Assembly: GCA_963757735.1 (NCBI GenBank)
Contig: CAVWST010000041.1
Coordinates: 133,932-197,931, forward strand
Length of the DNA: 64,000 nucleotides
DNA from: an uncultured Acidobacteriota bacterium
GTDB taxonomy: Bacteria; Acidobacteriota; Vicinamibacteria; Vicinamibacterales; UBA2999
Direction of reading: 5' to 3'
Below, piece by piece: positions 9,371-19,234 of the stretch; position 1 is the stretch's first letter, and the number at the start of each line of letters is the position of its first letter. The translations under genes were made by a program, and so were the position numbers. The notes under the pieces are model-generated. The model searched no databases. It saw nothing but the letters and a program-made list of their open reading frames with translations, and was not told the origin of the DNA.

Positions 9371-10751
9371 ATGGGGTGGGACGGCTATGCCACAATAGCA
9401 CCACTTTCGATGCCGTCACCCGCCTTACGTCGAACGAGCGTCGCACGGGGATTTGTCGCAGTCGTGACGACCTGTGCGCTCTCGGCGCAATCCGGGCCGC
9501 GGTGGACGACACCGACTCCTGCCGAAGTCGATGCCGTCTTTCCCGACGTCGACGCGCTCTACGTCGATCTCCATCGCTCGCCCGAATTGGGATTTCAGGA
9601 AGTTCAGACCGCGGGCAAACTCGCGGTGCGCCTGAAGGCACTCGGCTTCGACGTCACGACCGGAGTGGGCAAGACCGGGATCGTTGGCATCCTCAAAAAC
9701 GGCGCCGGTCCCACGGTGATGCTGCGCACGGAGCTCGATGCGCTTCCGGTCGAAGAGAAGACCGGCCTGCCCTTCGCCAGTACCAGTCGTCACGAAGAAC
9801 GCGGCCGGACAATCTACCCCCGTGATGCACGCGTGCGGCCACGACCTTCACATGGCGGCCTGGACCGGAACCGCGCGGCTCATGGCAGAACATCGCGACC
9901 GCTGGAGCGGCACGCTCATGATGGTGGGACAACCAGCGGAAGAAGGACTCGGCGGCGCACGGGCGATGTTGACCGACGGCCTGTTCACGCGTTTCCCCAA
10001 ACCCGACTTCGCATTGTCACTTCACGATGACGACACGATGCCGGCGGGAACCATCGGCTACCATCCAGGTCTTTTCCGGGCGATGTCAGACACGGTGACG
10101 ATCACGGTCTACGGCCGCGGCGGTCACGGCGCGATGCCGCACAACACGATCGATCCGATCGTGCTCGCGTCTCGCATCGTCCTTTCGCTGCAGACAATCG
10201 TGTCGCGCGAGAACAACCCTGTCGACCCCATCGTGATCACCGTGGGCTCGATTCACGGCGGCGCTCAGGCAAACGTGATCCCGGACGAGGTGCGGTTGCA
10301 GCTCTCTGTCCGCACCTACACCGACGAGGTTCGCACGCGCACGTTCGCGGCGATTCGACGAGTGGCGAAAGGCGAAGCGACCGCCGCTGGCGCACCGAAG
10401 GAACCATTGGTTGAAACGCCCGAGCGCGGCAATCCATCTGTGTACAACGACCCGACGCTGACGCTGCGACTTGCGGGCGCATTGAAGAAGGGGCTCGGCG
10501 ATGCGGTCGTGGTCGAGATGCCGGCGAAGATGACGTCGGAGGACTTCTCCGAGTACGGCCTTGCGGGCGTGCCGTCTGCGCTACTGCACGTGGGCGCCGT
10601 GCATCCCACCAAGCTCGCCGCCGCGCGGCAGAGCGGCATTCCTGTGCCCGCGCCTCACTCACCCGAGTGGGCGCCAGAGCGCGAACCGACGCTCAAGGGC
10701 GCGATTCGCGCAGAGACCACTGCTCTGCTCGAGCTGTTTCGCGGGCGTTGA
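9371..10751 (+). CDS. Amidohydrolase / peptidase M20D family, interrupted by one frameshift near 9780
   Basis: ORFs 9371..10030 and 9738..10751 join as ..LRTELDALPVEEKTGLPFAS|VVTKNAAGQSTPVMHACGHDLHMA..GQPAEEGLGGA..TVYGRGGHGAMPH... The start could instead be the internal ATG at 9410. Confidence 0.8.
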
Positions 10752-10796
10752 CGCGGTCCGTCCTTTCGGACCCGCCATCGAGAGTCGGCACGATTT

Positions 10797-12278
10797 ATGG
10801 TCGCAACGTACGGCAGAGTGTCTCGAACAGCGCGGAGCACACGGCCACGAAGCCGACCGATCGACTGGTCGCTCCATCAGCACAGACACGGCGTCCGCGT
10901 TCCTTCGGTTAAACGCCGGCGCCAGATCGCGAAGGGTGCGCTCGGCCCCGGCGCCCGCGCCAGGCGGCTGCTCTGGTCATGGTGGCTGTGGGCCATCACG
11001 TGCGTGGGGTTCATCGTCTACGACGAGCTCGGTTGGGCTCTAGCGACCGGCGTGATGGCGCTGCTGTCGTATCTGACGACACCAGCTGCCGCGCCTCCTC
11101 GATACGGGCTCTCACATGAATTCGACGTCGAGTCAGAGGAGTTCCTGGCCACGATCGCGGGCGCGAGCGGCGCGCCCTTCGCGGACGGGAACGCGATCGA
11201 GATCCTGAACAATGGCGACGCGTTCTACCCGCGCATGCTCGACGCGATCGCCGAAGCGCGGGTCTCGATCACGATCGAGGCGTACATTTACTGGGCGGGC
11301 GCAGTAGGCGTCGAGTTCGCACGAGCGCTCTCCGAGCGTGCGAAGGCCGGCGTCACAGTCAAGATTCTGCTCGATGCCATTGGCTCGGCGAGCATCGGCG
11401 CCGAGATCCTTCGCATGCTCGACAAGGGCGGTTGCCAGGTTGCCTGGTACAACCCGATTCACTGGTACACCCTCGGCCGCTTCAACAATCGGACGCATAG
11501 AAAGTCGCTCATCGTCGACGGTCACATCGCATTCACTGGCGGCGCCGGCATCGCGGATCACTGGCGTGGGAACGCACGCGGTCCACACGAGTGGCGCGAC
11601 ATGCAGATCCGGGTCGAAGGACCGGCAGTCGTTCCCCTGCAGGCAGGGTTCGCGCACAACTGGCAGCAGGCGACCGGCGAGCTCCTGAGCGGCTGGTGGT
11701 ACTACCCGACGATTGACTATCGCGGTCCGCTCAGCGCGCAGACGCTCATGAGCTCGCCGGAGTCGGGTGGATCGACGGTCCGCACCATGTACTACCTGTC
11801 GATCGTGTGTGCGCGGAAGTCGATCTACATCGCGAACCCGTACTTCCTCCCTGATGCCGTGGCGATCGACACGCTCATCGACGCCAGGAAACGCGGCATC
11901 GACGTCAAGATCATGGTGTCGGGCATCCGCAACGACAACTGGCTCGCCCGCCAGAACAGCGTGCGGTTGTACGGCCGCCTTCTTGAAGCTGGCATCGAGA
12001 TCTTCGAATACAACCGCACCATGTTGCATCACAAGACGATGGTCGTTGACAGCGTGTGGGTGACCGTCGGCACCGCCAACTTCGACAACCGATCGTTCGC
12101 GCACAATGAGGAGAGCAATGTCTGCGTCTTCGATCGCGGCCTGGGGCGCCAGATGCAGGAGGTCTTCTGCGCGGACATGGACATCTGCGAGCGCGTCGAT
12201 CGCGAGACGTGGTTGCACCGCGGCGTGTGGGCACGGACCCAGGAGTTTCTCGGCTCATTCCTCGAGGAACAGGCCTGA
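10797..12278 (+). CDS. cls: Cardiolipin synthase (two PLD HKD motifs)
   Basis: HKD motifs ..NNRTHRKSLIVDGHIAFTGGAGIAD.. and ..MLHHKTMVVDSVWVTVGTANFDNRSF... N-terminal TM segments are present. The exact start is uncertain. Confidence 0.85.
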   Translation: MVATYGRVSRTARSTRPRSRPIDWSLHQHRHGVRVPSVKRRRQIAKGALGPGARARRLLWSWWLWAITCVGFIVYDELGWALATGVMALLSYLTTPAAAPPRYGLSHEFDVESEEFLATIAGASGAPFADGNAIEILNNGDAFYPRMLDAIAEARVSITIEAYIYWAGAVGVEFARALSERAKAGVTVKILLDAIGSASIGAEILRMLDKGGCQVAWYNPIHWYTLGRFNNRTHRKSLIVDGHIAFTGGAGIADHWRGNARGPHEWRDMQIRVEGPAVVPLQAGFAHNWQQATGELLSGWWYYPTIDYRGPLSAQTLMSSPESGGSTVRTMYYLSIVCARKSIYIANPYFLPDAVAIDTLIDARKRGIDVKIMVSGIRNDNWLARQNSVRLYGRLLEAGIEIFEYNRTMLHHKTMVVDSVWVTVGTANFDNRSFAHNEESNVCVFDRGLGRQMQEVFCADMDICERVDRETWLHRGVWARTQEFLGSFLEEQA

Positions 12279-12321
12279 TTTAGCCAGTCAACACAAGCGA
12301 GCTTGCAGTGTAAAATCCGCC

Positions 12322-13218
12322 ATGCTTTCACGGCGAACGTTGCTCATGGCGCCTCTGGCAGTAATGGCCGCACGTACCGTGTCGGCGGCTGGAAAGATGA
12401 CACTCGCAATTCACCAGAACACCTCGTCGGCCGCCGGCTACCGCCGATCGCTCGAAGGCTGGGCGCGCGCCGGGATCAAGAACGTCGAGCTGACCAACAA
12501 CCTTCTCGACGAATTCCTGAAATCTGATTCACTGCCCGCCGCGAAACGTGTGCTGACCGACCTCGGACTGACTCCGGTTTCGAGTGCCTGTGGCGTGTTC
12601 GGATTGTGGGAACCGAATCCCAAACGTGCGGCGCAACTCGATGCGTTCAAGAACCGCTGCGAGCAGTTCGCTTCGCTCGGCCTGACGAAGATCTATTCGC
12701 CGACTCCGACCACGGAGAAATTCACTGAAGAAGACTACAAGCGCGGTGTCGCGAACATGCGCGAGAACGGCGACATCGCCAGGCAGTTCGGGCTGGTCGT
12801 AATGGCCGAGGCCGTGCGCACATCAACCTTCATCGGCACGCTGCCGACGATGCTGAAGATGATGCGAGAAGCCGCGCATCCCAACGTCGCGCCGCTGCTC
12901 GACTTCTATCACTTCTGGTCGGGCCTGAATAAGCTCGAGGATCTCGATCAGATTCGAGAGGGTGAAATCGGGCACGTGCACTTTCAGGACGTCCCCGACA
13001 TGCCGCGCGAGCTCCTGGACAACACCACGCGCATCATTCCCGGCGATGGCGTCGCGCCGCTCAACCGGATGCTGCGCACGCTCGCGGACAAAGGCTACGC
13101 CGGACCCTTGTCTGTCGAACTGTTCCTGCCCAAATTCCAGCAGGGCGATCCCTACGAGGTCGCTCGCGAGATCCGTCAGAAGTGCGAAGCCGTGATGCGT
13201 CGCGCGCGCGTCATGTGA
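12322..13218 (+). CDS. Sugar phosphate isomerase/epimerase (xylose-isomerase-like TIM barrel) with a Tat-like signal
   Basis: In-frame ATG at 12322 within track ORF 12106..13218. N-terminus MLSRRTLLMAPLAVMAARTVSAAG. The body resembles the AP-endonuclease-2/xylose-isomerase-like fold (..HVHFQDVPD..GDGVAPL..). Confidence 0.7.
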   Translation: MLSRRTLLMAPLAVMAARTVSAAGKMTLAIHQNTSSAAGYRRSLEGWARAGIKNVELTNNLLDEFLKSDSLPAAKRVLTDLGLTPVSSACGVFGLWEPNPKRAAQLDAFKNRCEQFASLGLTKIYSPTPTTEKFTEEDYKRGVANMRENGDIARQFGLVVMAEAVRTSTFIGTLPTMLKMMREAAHPNVAPLLDFYHFWSGLNKLEDLDQIREGEIGHVHFQDVPDMPRELLDNTTRIIPGDGVAPLNRMLRTLADKGYAGPLSVELFLPKFQQGDPYEVAREIRQKCEAVMRRARVM

Positions 13219-13389
13219 CCGATCGCCTATAGCGCCAGCCTGGCGCTCACGAGCCTGGGAAGATTTCGCTCCCGTGCGGAAACTTCCCCGTAGAAACCAT
13301 CGGTTCACACCCTTTTCCCTTGCTGGAGCAACAATCGAGCCTCCGCTGGCTGGCATCAGAAGTGCCTTGGGGGACTGCGGAGGGTTACC

Positions 13390-13989
13390 ATGGCGGCTTC
13401 CATCCTGTTCCTGCTCCCGGTGCTCGCACTCACCGCAGCCACCGCTCACGCACAGCCGACGGCATACCAAGAACATCCCTACGCGTCGACGCATGCACAG
13501 GCGGTTGCGGAATTCACGGCATCCGTCCACCGCTATCTCGAAGTTCGTCGGCTACTGGAGAGCCCGATGTCCCGGTTGTTCATGGGAGCCGATCTGGAGC
13601 AAACGGCACGCGCGCGCGAGGCGCACCGCCAAGCCATCGCGGAGGCTCGCGTGGCCACGCCTCGAGGCGACGTCTTCACACCACGTGTCGCTGCTGACTT
13701 CCGACACGAGCTCCGGATTGCCGCATATCTCGCGCGAGTAGCTGAAGCCGAAGTGACGCAGACGGCGCTCGAACGCTTGCCTGGATTGCCGAAGGAACTG
13801 GAGTATCGATTCGTCGATCGCGACCTGGTGATCCTCGACACCGAGACGTATCTCGTGGTCGACATCCTCGAGTACGCGCTGCCGCCCGAGCCGGAACTCG
13901 AGCAGGAATTGTGTGCGCCGGAATTTCCACCGCCCGTGGAGAGCGGCCCTTGCGGCGTGCACCCCGAGCTGGAGATGTGCTGGAGCTGA
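13390..13989 (+). CDS. Secreted hypothetical protein
   Basis: Track ORF of 199 aa with signal peptide MAASILFLLPVLALTAATAHA. I recognise no family. Confidence 0.55.
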   Translation: MAASILFLLPVLALTAATAHAQPTAYQEHPYASTHAQAVAEFTASVHRYLEVRRLLESPMSRLFMGADLEQTARAREAHRQAIAEARVATPRGDVFTPRVAADFRHELRIAAYLARVAEAEVTQTALERLPGLPKELEYRFVDRDLVILDTETYLVVDILEYALPPEPELEQELCAPEFPPPVESGPCGVHPELEMCWS

Positions 13990-13991
13990 CG

Positions 13992-15932
13992 TTACATCTC
14001 GACCTGAACGCCGAGCTCCACCACTCGTTCGGGCGGCAGACGGAAGAACGCTGTCGCCCGAACGGCATTGCGCGCCATCAGCACAAAGAGTTTCTCCCGC
14101 CAGACGGCCATGCCCTGACTGCGCGAGACGATGATCGTTTCGCGCCCGAGGAAGTACGTCGTGTCGTCGAGATCGATGTGGAGACCTTGTTCGCGGGCCT
14201 GGAGCAACGCCTCCGGGACGTTCGGGATCTTCCATGAACCCGTACTGCACACGGACGTTGAACATCGATTGTCCGAGCGGCTGCACCGATAGACGTTCCG
14301 GGACCGGCACGTGTGGCACTGCCCCGTCGCAACCGTGAGCACGATCACATGTTCGTGCAGCACCTTGTTGTAGCGGAGGTTGTGCGCGAGCGCCGGAGGC
14401 GTGCCCGTGGGCTGCGCGGTCATGAAGACGGCCGTCCCCGGAACCCGCACGGGCTGCACGGCCTCGACGGTCGCCATGAAGTCGTCGAGCGAGATCGCTC
14501 GTGCGGTCAGGCGTTCAGCCACCAGCCGCCGCCCCGTCTTCCATGTCGTCATCAGGATGAAGATGGCAAGGGCCACTACCAGCGCGACCCATCCGCCCTG
14601 CAGCACCTTCAACGCATTCGCGCCGAAGAACGCCAGGTCGATGATCAGGAACAGCGCCATGACTGCCACGGTCGCCGGCTTCGGCCACTTCCATCGCTCG
14701 GTCATCACCACGTACAGCAGTAGCACCGTGATGACCATCGTCAGCGTCACGGCGATCCCGTACGCAGCGGCGAGGTTGCTCGAGGAACCGAAGCCGATCA
14801 CGATGAACACGCACGCGAACATCAGCGCCCAATTGACCTGCGGCACGTAGATCTGACCGATCTCGTGCGCAGACGTGTGCTCGACGTCGAGCCGCGGCGC
14901 CAGGCCAAGTTGCATTGCCTGACGCGTGATTGAGAACGCTCCCGAGATCAGCGCTTGCGAAGCAATGATCGCCGCTACGGTCGCGATGCCAACCAGCGGC
15001 AGCAGTGCCCATGTTGGGGCCAGTTGAAAGAACGGATGGGTCGCCTTCGGGTCCAGCAGCAGGAGAGCTCCCTGGCCGAGGTAGTTCAACAGCAGGGACG
15101 GCAACACGAGCGCAAACCACGCCAGTCGGATCGGTTCCTTTCCAAAGTGCCCCATGTCGGCGTAGAGCGCCTCGCCACCGGTGACGACCAGGAACACGGC
15201 GCCGAGCACCGCGAAGCCCGTAAGCCCATTGCTGGCAAAGAACGTGACGGCGTGGCGTGGATCGAACGCGCCGAGCACGACTGGCGCGCGGACGATCCAG
15301 ATCACACCGAGCGTGGCGATCGTCGCGAACCACACGATGACGATCGGACCGAAGAGACCGCCGACGCGATGCGTGCCGTACCTCTGGATGACGAACAGGC
15401 CCACCAGAATGACTACCGTCACCGGCACGACATAAGGCCGGAGGAGCGGCGTGACGACCTCCATGCCTTCGACCGCGCTGAGCACTGAGATCGCCGGCGT
15501 GATCATGCCGTCGCCGTACAGCAGTGCGGTCCCGAAGATGCCGAGCGCAATCAGGATGGGGCGGCCTTCGGCGAGGCGAGCCGATAATCCGCGGGTCCCC
15601 CTGAGACCGGGTACCAGCGCAGTCAGCGCGAGGATGCCTCCTTCGCCCTGGTTGTCTGCGCGCATGACGAGGGCGACGTACTTGATCGAGATGACGAGGA
15701 CGAGGGCGTAGATGATGAGCGACAGCACGCCGAGCACGTTCTCGTGCGTCGGCGGGACGCGATGCGAACCAAAAAAGCACTCCCGCATCGCGTACAACGG
15801 GCTCGTACCGATGTCTCCATAGACGACACCGAGGGCGGTCAACGTCAGCGGCAGGAGGCGACTGCGAGGGCTGGTGGCGTGAGAGCTGATCCGAGTATCT
15901 ATGGGCGCCGGGGTCGACAACGAATTGGACAA
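13992..15932 (-). CDS. kup: KUP/HAK/KT potassium transporter, with an internal out-of-frame stretch (14227-14321)
   Basis: Contains ..LTALGVVYGDIGTSPLYAMRECF.. and 12-TM-like hydrophobicity. The C-terminal domain is conserved except for ~31 codons whose conserved sequence (VPHVPVPERLSVQPLGQSMFNVRVQYGFMEDP) appears in another frame. Confidence 0.9.
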   Translation of the reverse strand: MSNSLSTPAPIDTRISSHATSPRSRLLPLTLTALGVVYGDIGTSPLYAMRECFFGSHRVPPTHENVLGVLSLIIYALVLVISIKYVALVMRADNQGEGGILALTALVPGLRGTRGLSARLAEGRPILIALGIFGTALLYGDGMITPAISVLSAVEGMEVVTPLLRPYVVPVTVVILVGLFVIQRYGTHRVGGLFGPIVIVWFATIATLGVIWIVRAPVVLGAFDPRHAVTFFASNGLTGFAVLGAVFLVVTGGEALYADMGHFGKEPIRLAWFALVLPSLLLNYLGQGALLLLDPKATHPFFQLAPTWALLPLVGIATVAAIIASQALISGAFSITRQAMQLGLAPRLDVEHTSAHEIGQIYVPQVNWALMFACVFIVIGFGSSSNLAAAYGIAVTLTMVITVLLLYVVMTERWKWPKPATVAVMALFLIIDLAFFGANALKVLQGGWVALVVALAIFILMTTWKTGRRLVAERLTARAISLDDFMATVEAVQPVRVPGTAVFMTAQPTGTPPALAHNLRYNKVLHEHVIVLTVATGQCHTCRSRNVYRCSRSDNRCSTSVCSTGSWKIPNVPEALLQAREQGLHIDLDDTTYFLGRETIIVSRSQGMAVWREKLFVLMARNAVRATAFFRLPPERVVELGVQVEM

Positions 15933-15986
15933 CTCTCCTGATTATCGGACGCGTCACCGGCCCATTCATGCGAACGCGCCCGGTAC

Positions 15987-16274
15987 TTATGAACTTTTTA
16001 CGACTTTCTTGCGAAGGCCGCGCTCTTGCCGGCGTTCAGCGATCCAGGCGCCTGCAGGGGCCAGAACGAAAATCCCCATGCTGAACCAGTAAGCGAATGA
16101 ATGCAGCAGACCCAGTAATACGCCACTGACAGCGATCGAGAGCGCGATGACGCCGCAACGCATGACCAACAACTGTCGGAAGACGCGGATGTGCTCGAGC
16201 CTCACGCAATCCGTGATGATGGCGTTCAGCTGATCGGGTTCAACCGGCGGCGCAACATTCGTGGCCGTGTGCAT
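15987..16274 (-). CDS. Small two-TM membrane protein upstream of kup
   Basis: Track ORF 15987..16370. The internal ATG at 16274 (MHTATNV..) is preferred because a start at 16370 would leave only 11 bp to the divergent kdpD start. Hydrophobic segments GVIALSIAVSGVLLGLL and FSMGIFVLAPAGAWI. Confidence 0.45.
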   Translation of the reverse strand: MHTATNVAPPVEPDQLNAIITDCVRLEHIRVFRQLLVMRCGVIALSIAVSGVLLGLLHSFAYWFSMGIFVLAPAGAWIAERRQERGLRKKVVKSS

Positions 16275-16381
16275 ACCCGGATCCGACGTTAACGTGGCTG
16301 CCGCTAAGAAAGGCGTAAAGACTCCATAAGAAAGCTGTGACGCGCACCAGTGCCTCATGCGGGGTGGCACAATGAATCAGC

Positions 16382-17896
16382 GTGCCGATGGCCCGTCCGC
16401 TTCCCGCTCGCGACATCGCCGTACTGCTCGGCGGCGTCCTCACGATCGCAGCCGTTGCCTTCGTGTTGCGGATGCTCCCCGAGGTCAGCCCGACCACGGT
16501 GGCGTTGGCGCTCCTCCTCATCGTGCTGGGGACGGCGACGTTCGGGCGTCTGTGGATTGCCACGGTCACTGCAGTCACCGCCACGCTCACGTTCAACTTC
16601 TTTTTCCTGCCACCGCTCGGCACGCTGACGATTGCCGATGCGCAAAACTGGATCGCGCTCTTTGCGTTCCTCGTAGTGGCTGTGATCGCGAGCAACCTGT
16701 CGGCAGCGGTCCAGGCCCGTGCGCGCGAAGCCATCGCTCGCCGCAACGAAGTAACGCGACTGTTCGATCTGACTCGCGACGTGCTCCTCACGACGGAGAC
16801 GACGGGAGCGATCGAAGCGCTTGCGCGGCATGTGGCTCGCCGGTTCGAGCTCTCGCGAGTAGCCATCTGTCTTCCCGGCAATCAGGGTTGGCGCGTCTAC
16901 CAGGGTGCGAGCGAGGACCTCACCATCGACAGTCAGATGTTGGACATGGCGCTCGCAAAAGCGCGCGGCGTCGTGGAGTTCGATGCGCGGCAGCGGGCGT
17001 ATGGCGGGCATGTGCGTGTCGGACCGAATCAGGACATCTCTGTCGTGCCATTGCGACATGGCACGAAGGCCATCGGGTTGCTCGCCGCGTCCTCGTCCAC
17101 GATCGATATCGGCGCGCTCGACGCGCTGGCAGGAGTCGTGGCGATCGCAATCGAAAGGGCGCAGTTTCTCGCAGAGCGCGATGCAGCGGAACTCGTCCGA
17201 CAAAAGGCCGATCTGGCTTCGGCATTGCTCGCCTCGCTCAGCCACGATTTGCGGACGCCGCTCACGGCAATCAGGGTCGCGGTCGAGAACCTGCGCGAGG
17301 AACTCCCGCCGGACGAACGGCGCGAGCAGTCGCGCGCGGCGATCTCGGAGCTGAGTCGGCTCACACGCCTGGTCCAGGACATTCTCGACATGGCCAGGAT
17401 CGACGCTGCGGCCATCCGTGTCGATCGGGACTGGGTCACGGCCGAAGAGGTCGTGGATGCAGCGATGGCCTACGTCAGACCGATGCTCGAAGGACGTCCA
17501 CTCCGCGTGAACGCAACCGGCGACCTCGAGGTCGAGATCGATCCGCGTCTCGCGTCCGGCGCGCTGTCGCACATTCTCGAGAACGCAGCGCAGTATTCGC
17601 CAGCGGGCCGCGAGATCGCCGTGAACGCGCGTGTAGACCACGACGGCTTGCACATCTCGGTCAGCGACCAGGGACCCGGCCTCGATGCCGGTGAGCTCGA
17701 ACATCTCTTCGAGCGTTTCTATCGAGGACAGTCAGCACGGCAAACGACGTTCGGCACCGGCATGGGACTCTCGATCACACGTGGACTGCTTGCAGCTGCG
17801 GGCGGACGCGTCTGGGCCGAAAACGTGCCCAGCGGCGGAGCGAAGTTCTCACTCATGATTCCCGGTGCGATCCGGCCGGCGCCAGTGCCCCAGTAA
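16382..17896 (+). CDS. kdpD: KdpD-type sensor histidine kinase, membrane (DUF4118-like) plus HisKA/HATPase module only
   Basis: Contains ..TVALALLLIVLGTATFGRLWIATVTAVTATLTFNFFFLPPLGTLTIADAQNWIALFAFLVVAVIASNL.., H-box SLSHDLRTPLTAI, and G-boxes DQGPGL and GTGMGLSI. It lacks the N-terminal KdpD/Usp module, which is encoded at 23449..24602. Confidence 0.85.
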   Translation: MPMARPLPARDIAVLLGGVLTIAAVAFVLRMLPEVSPTTVALALLLIVLGTATFGRLWIATVTAVTATLTFNFFFLPPLGTLTIADAQNWIALFAFLVVAVIASNLSAAVQARAREAIARRNEVTRLFDLTRDVLLTTETTGAIEALARHVARRFELSRVAICLPGNQGWRVYQGASEDLTIDSQMLDMALAKARGVVEFDARQRAYGGHVRVGPNQDISVVPLRHGTKAIGLLAASSSTIDIGALDALAGVVAIAIERAQFLAERDAAELVRQKADLASALLASLSHDLRTPLTAIRVAVENLREELPPDERREQSRAAISELSRLTRLVQDILDMARIDAAAIRVDRDWVTAEEVVDAAMAYVRPMLEGRPLRVNATGDLEVEIDPRLASGALSHILENAAQYSPAGREIAVNARVDHDGLHISVSDQGPGLDAGELEHLFERFYRGQSARQTTFGTGMGLSITRGLLAAAGGRVWAENVPSGGAKFSLMIPGAIRPAPVPQ

Positions 17897-17899
17897 AAC

Positions 17900-18583
17900 A
17901 TGCCTTCCCGCATCCTCATCGTGGACGACGAGCCCAACATCCTGGGCACCGTGGCTCCCCTGCTCCGTTCGCGCGGGTACGAGGTCTTGTCTGCGATGAC
18001 GGGGCGAGCGGGCCTGGATGCTGTCGAACGCGACAAGCCGGATCTGATCGTGCTCGACCTCGGTCTGCCGGACATGGACGGCGTTGATGTGTGCCGTCAG
18101 ATGCGACAGGCGACCGGCGTTCCAATCCTCGTTCTCTCTGCTCGCGGCGCCGAAGGTGACAAGGTGGCTGCGCTCGATGCCGGTGCCGATGACTACGTCA
18201 CCAAGCCGTTTGGCGCCGAGGAATTGCTTGCGCGCATTCGTGCGGCACTGAGACGCGTGGATGGTCCATCGCCTTCGAGTGAACCCATCGTGCGCGGTGG
18301 TCTGGTCATCGACCGCGAGCGCTTCCGTGTGCTTCGAGACGGTGAAGAGGTCCGGCTGACGCCGAAGGAGTTCGAGCTCCTCATCTATCTCGCTCAACAC
18401 CCGGGCCGAGTGCTGACGCATCGCGTGATTCTCAAGGCAATCTGGGGGCCCAATGCCGCCGGCCAACCGGAGCATCTACGCGTGCTGATTGGATCGCTAC
18501 GCAAGAAGATCGAGCCGCATCCGTCGGCCCCGCAATACATACTCACCGAACCATGGGTGGGCTATCGATTCGCTGATGTGTAG
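17900..18583 (+). CDS. kdpE: OmpR-family response regulator KdpE
   Basis: Receiver domain RILIVDDEPNI..DLIVLDLGLPDMDG..TKPF plus a winged-helix C-terminus (..LTPKEFELLIYLAQHPGRVLTH..GYRF). It starts 4 nt after the kdpD stop. Confidence 0.85.
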   Translation: MPSRILIVDDEPNILGTVAPLLRSRGYEVLSAMTGRAGLDAVERDKPDLIVLDLGLPDMDGVDVCRQMRQATGVPILVLSARGAEGDKVAALDAGADDYVTKPFGAEELLARIRAALRRVDGPSPSSEPIVRGGLVIDRERFRVLRDGEEVRLTPKEFELLIYLAQHPGRVLTHRVILKAIWGPNAAGQPEHLRVLIGSLRKKIEPHPSAPQYILTEPWVGYRFADV

Positions 18584-18591
18584 CCTTCCAC

Positions 18592-19173
18592 CTACTCCCG
18601 CATCGGCGCATCCCGATCCAGCGCGAGGTTCAGCTCGAGCACGTTGACCCGTGCTTCGCCCAGGAAACCGAACTGCCGTCCTTCGGTGTAGGCCAGGACA
18701 ATATGGCGAAGCGCGTCTTCGGACATCCCTCGCTCACGCGCCACGCGACGGACCTGGAAATCCGCCGCGGCGGGAGTGATGTGCGGGTCGATGCCGGACG
18801 CGGACGCCGTCACGAGGTCGACCGGCACCGGGACATTCGGGTTCTCTTTCTTCGCCGCTTCAACGTTGGCCGTGACGGCCTCGATCAGTTTCTTGTTCGT
18901 CGGTCCCAATTGGCTACCGCCGGAGTTGGCCGCGTCGTACGGCGTCGCTGTTGCGGACGGCCGCGGCCGGAAGTATCCAGGTGAGGAAAACCCCTGACCG
19001 ATGAGCCGTGAGCCGATCACCGTGCCGTTGCGCTCGATCAACTGTCCGTTCGCCTGGTCGGGGAACAAGACCTGCGCGATTCCGGTCACAACCAGTGGAT
19101 AGATCAGGCCCAGGATGATGGTCGTGACGATAGTCATCAGCGTCGCGATGATGAGATTCTGTGTGAGCTTCAT
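18592..19173 (-). CDS. kdpC: K+-transporting ATPase subunit C
   Basis: 193 aa: [60 protein letters not shown].. Confidence 0.9.
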   Translation of the reverse strand: MKLTQNLIIATLMTIVTTIILGLIYPLVVTGIAQVLFPDQANGQLIERNGTVIGSRLIGQGFSSPGYFRPRPSATATPYDAANSGGSQLGPTNKKLIEAVTANVEAAKKENPNVPVPVDLVTASASGIDPHITPAAADFQVRRVARERGMSEDALRHIVLAYTEGRQFGFLGEARVNVLELNLALDRDAPMRE

Positions 19174-19234
19174 GGTTGGGAGTTGGGAGTTGGATTTTGG
19201 GAGTTGGGAGTTGGGAGTTGGAATTTGGGAGTTC
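19174..19234. repeat. Heptamer array (AGTTGGG family, ~9 units) forming the entire kdpB-kdpC intergenic spacer
   Basis: ggttggg agttggg agttgga ttttggg agttggg agttggg agttgga atttggg agttctc, lying between the kdpC ATG (19173) and the kdpB stop (19235-19237). Confidence 0.9.

Noticed and set aside
14515-15969. 484-aa minus-strand ORF overlapping kup in another frame
   Set aside because: It has an Arg/Pro/Gly-rich composition typical of off-frame translation in high-GC DNA. The kup frame carries the recognisable transporter motifs.
16355-17704. 449-aa (-) and 445-aa (+, 16357..17694) ORFs overlapping kdpD
   Set aside because: They are Arg-rich off-frame or antisense products. The frame starting at 16382 contains the H-box and G-boxes of a histidine kinase.
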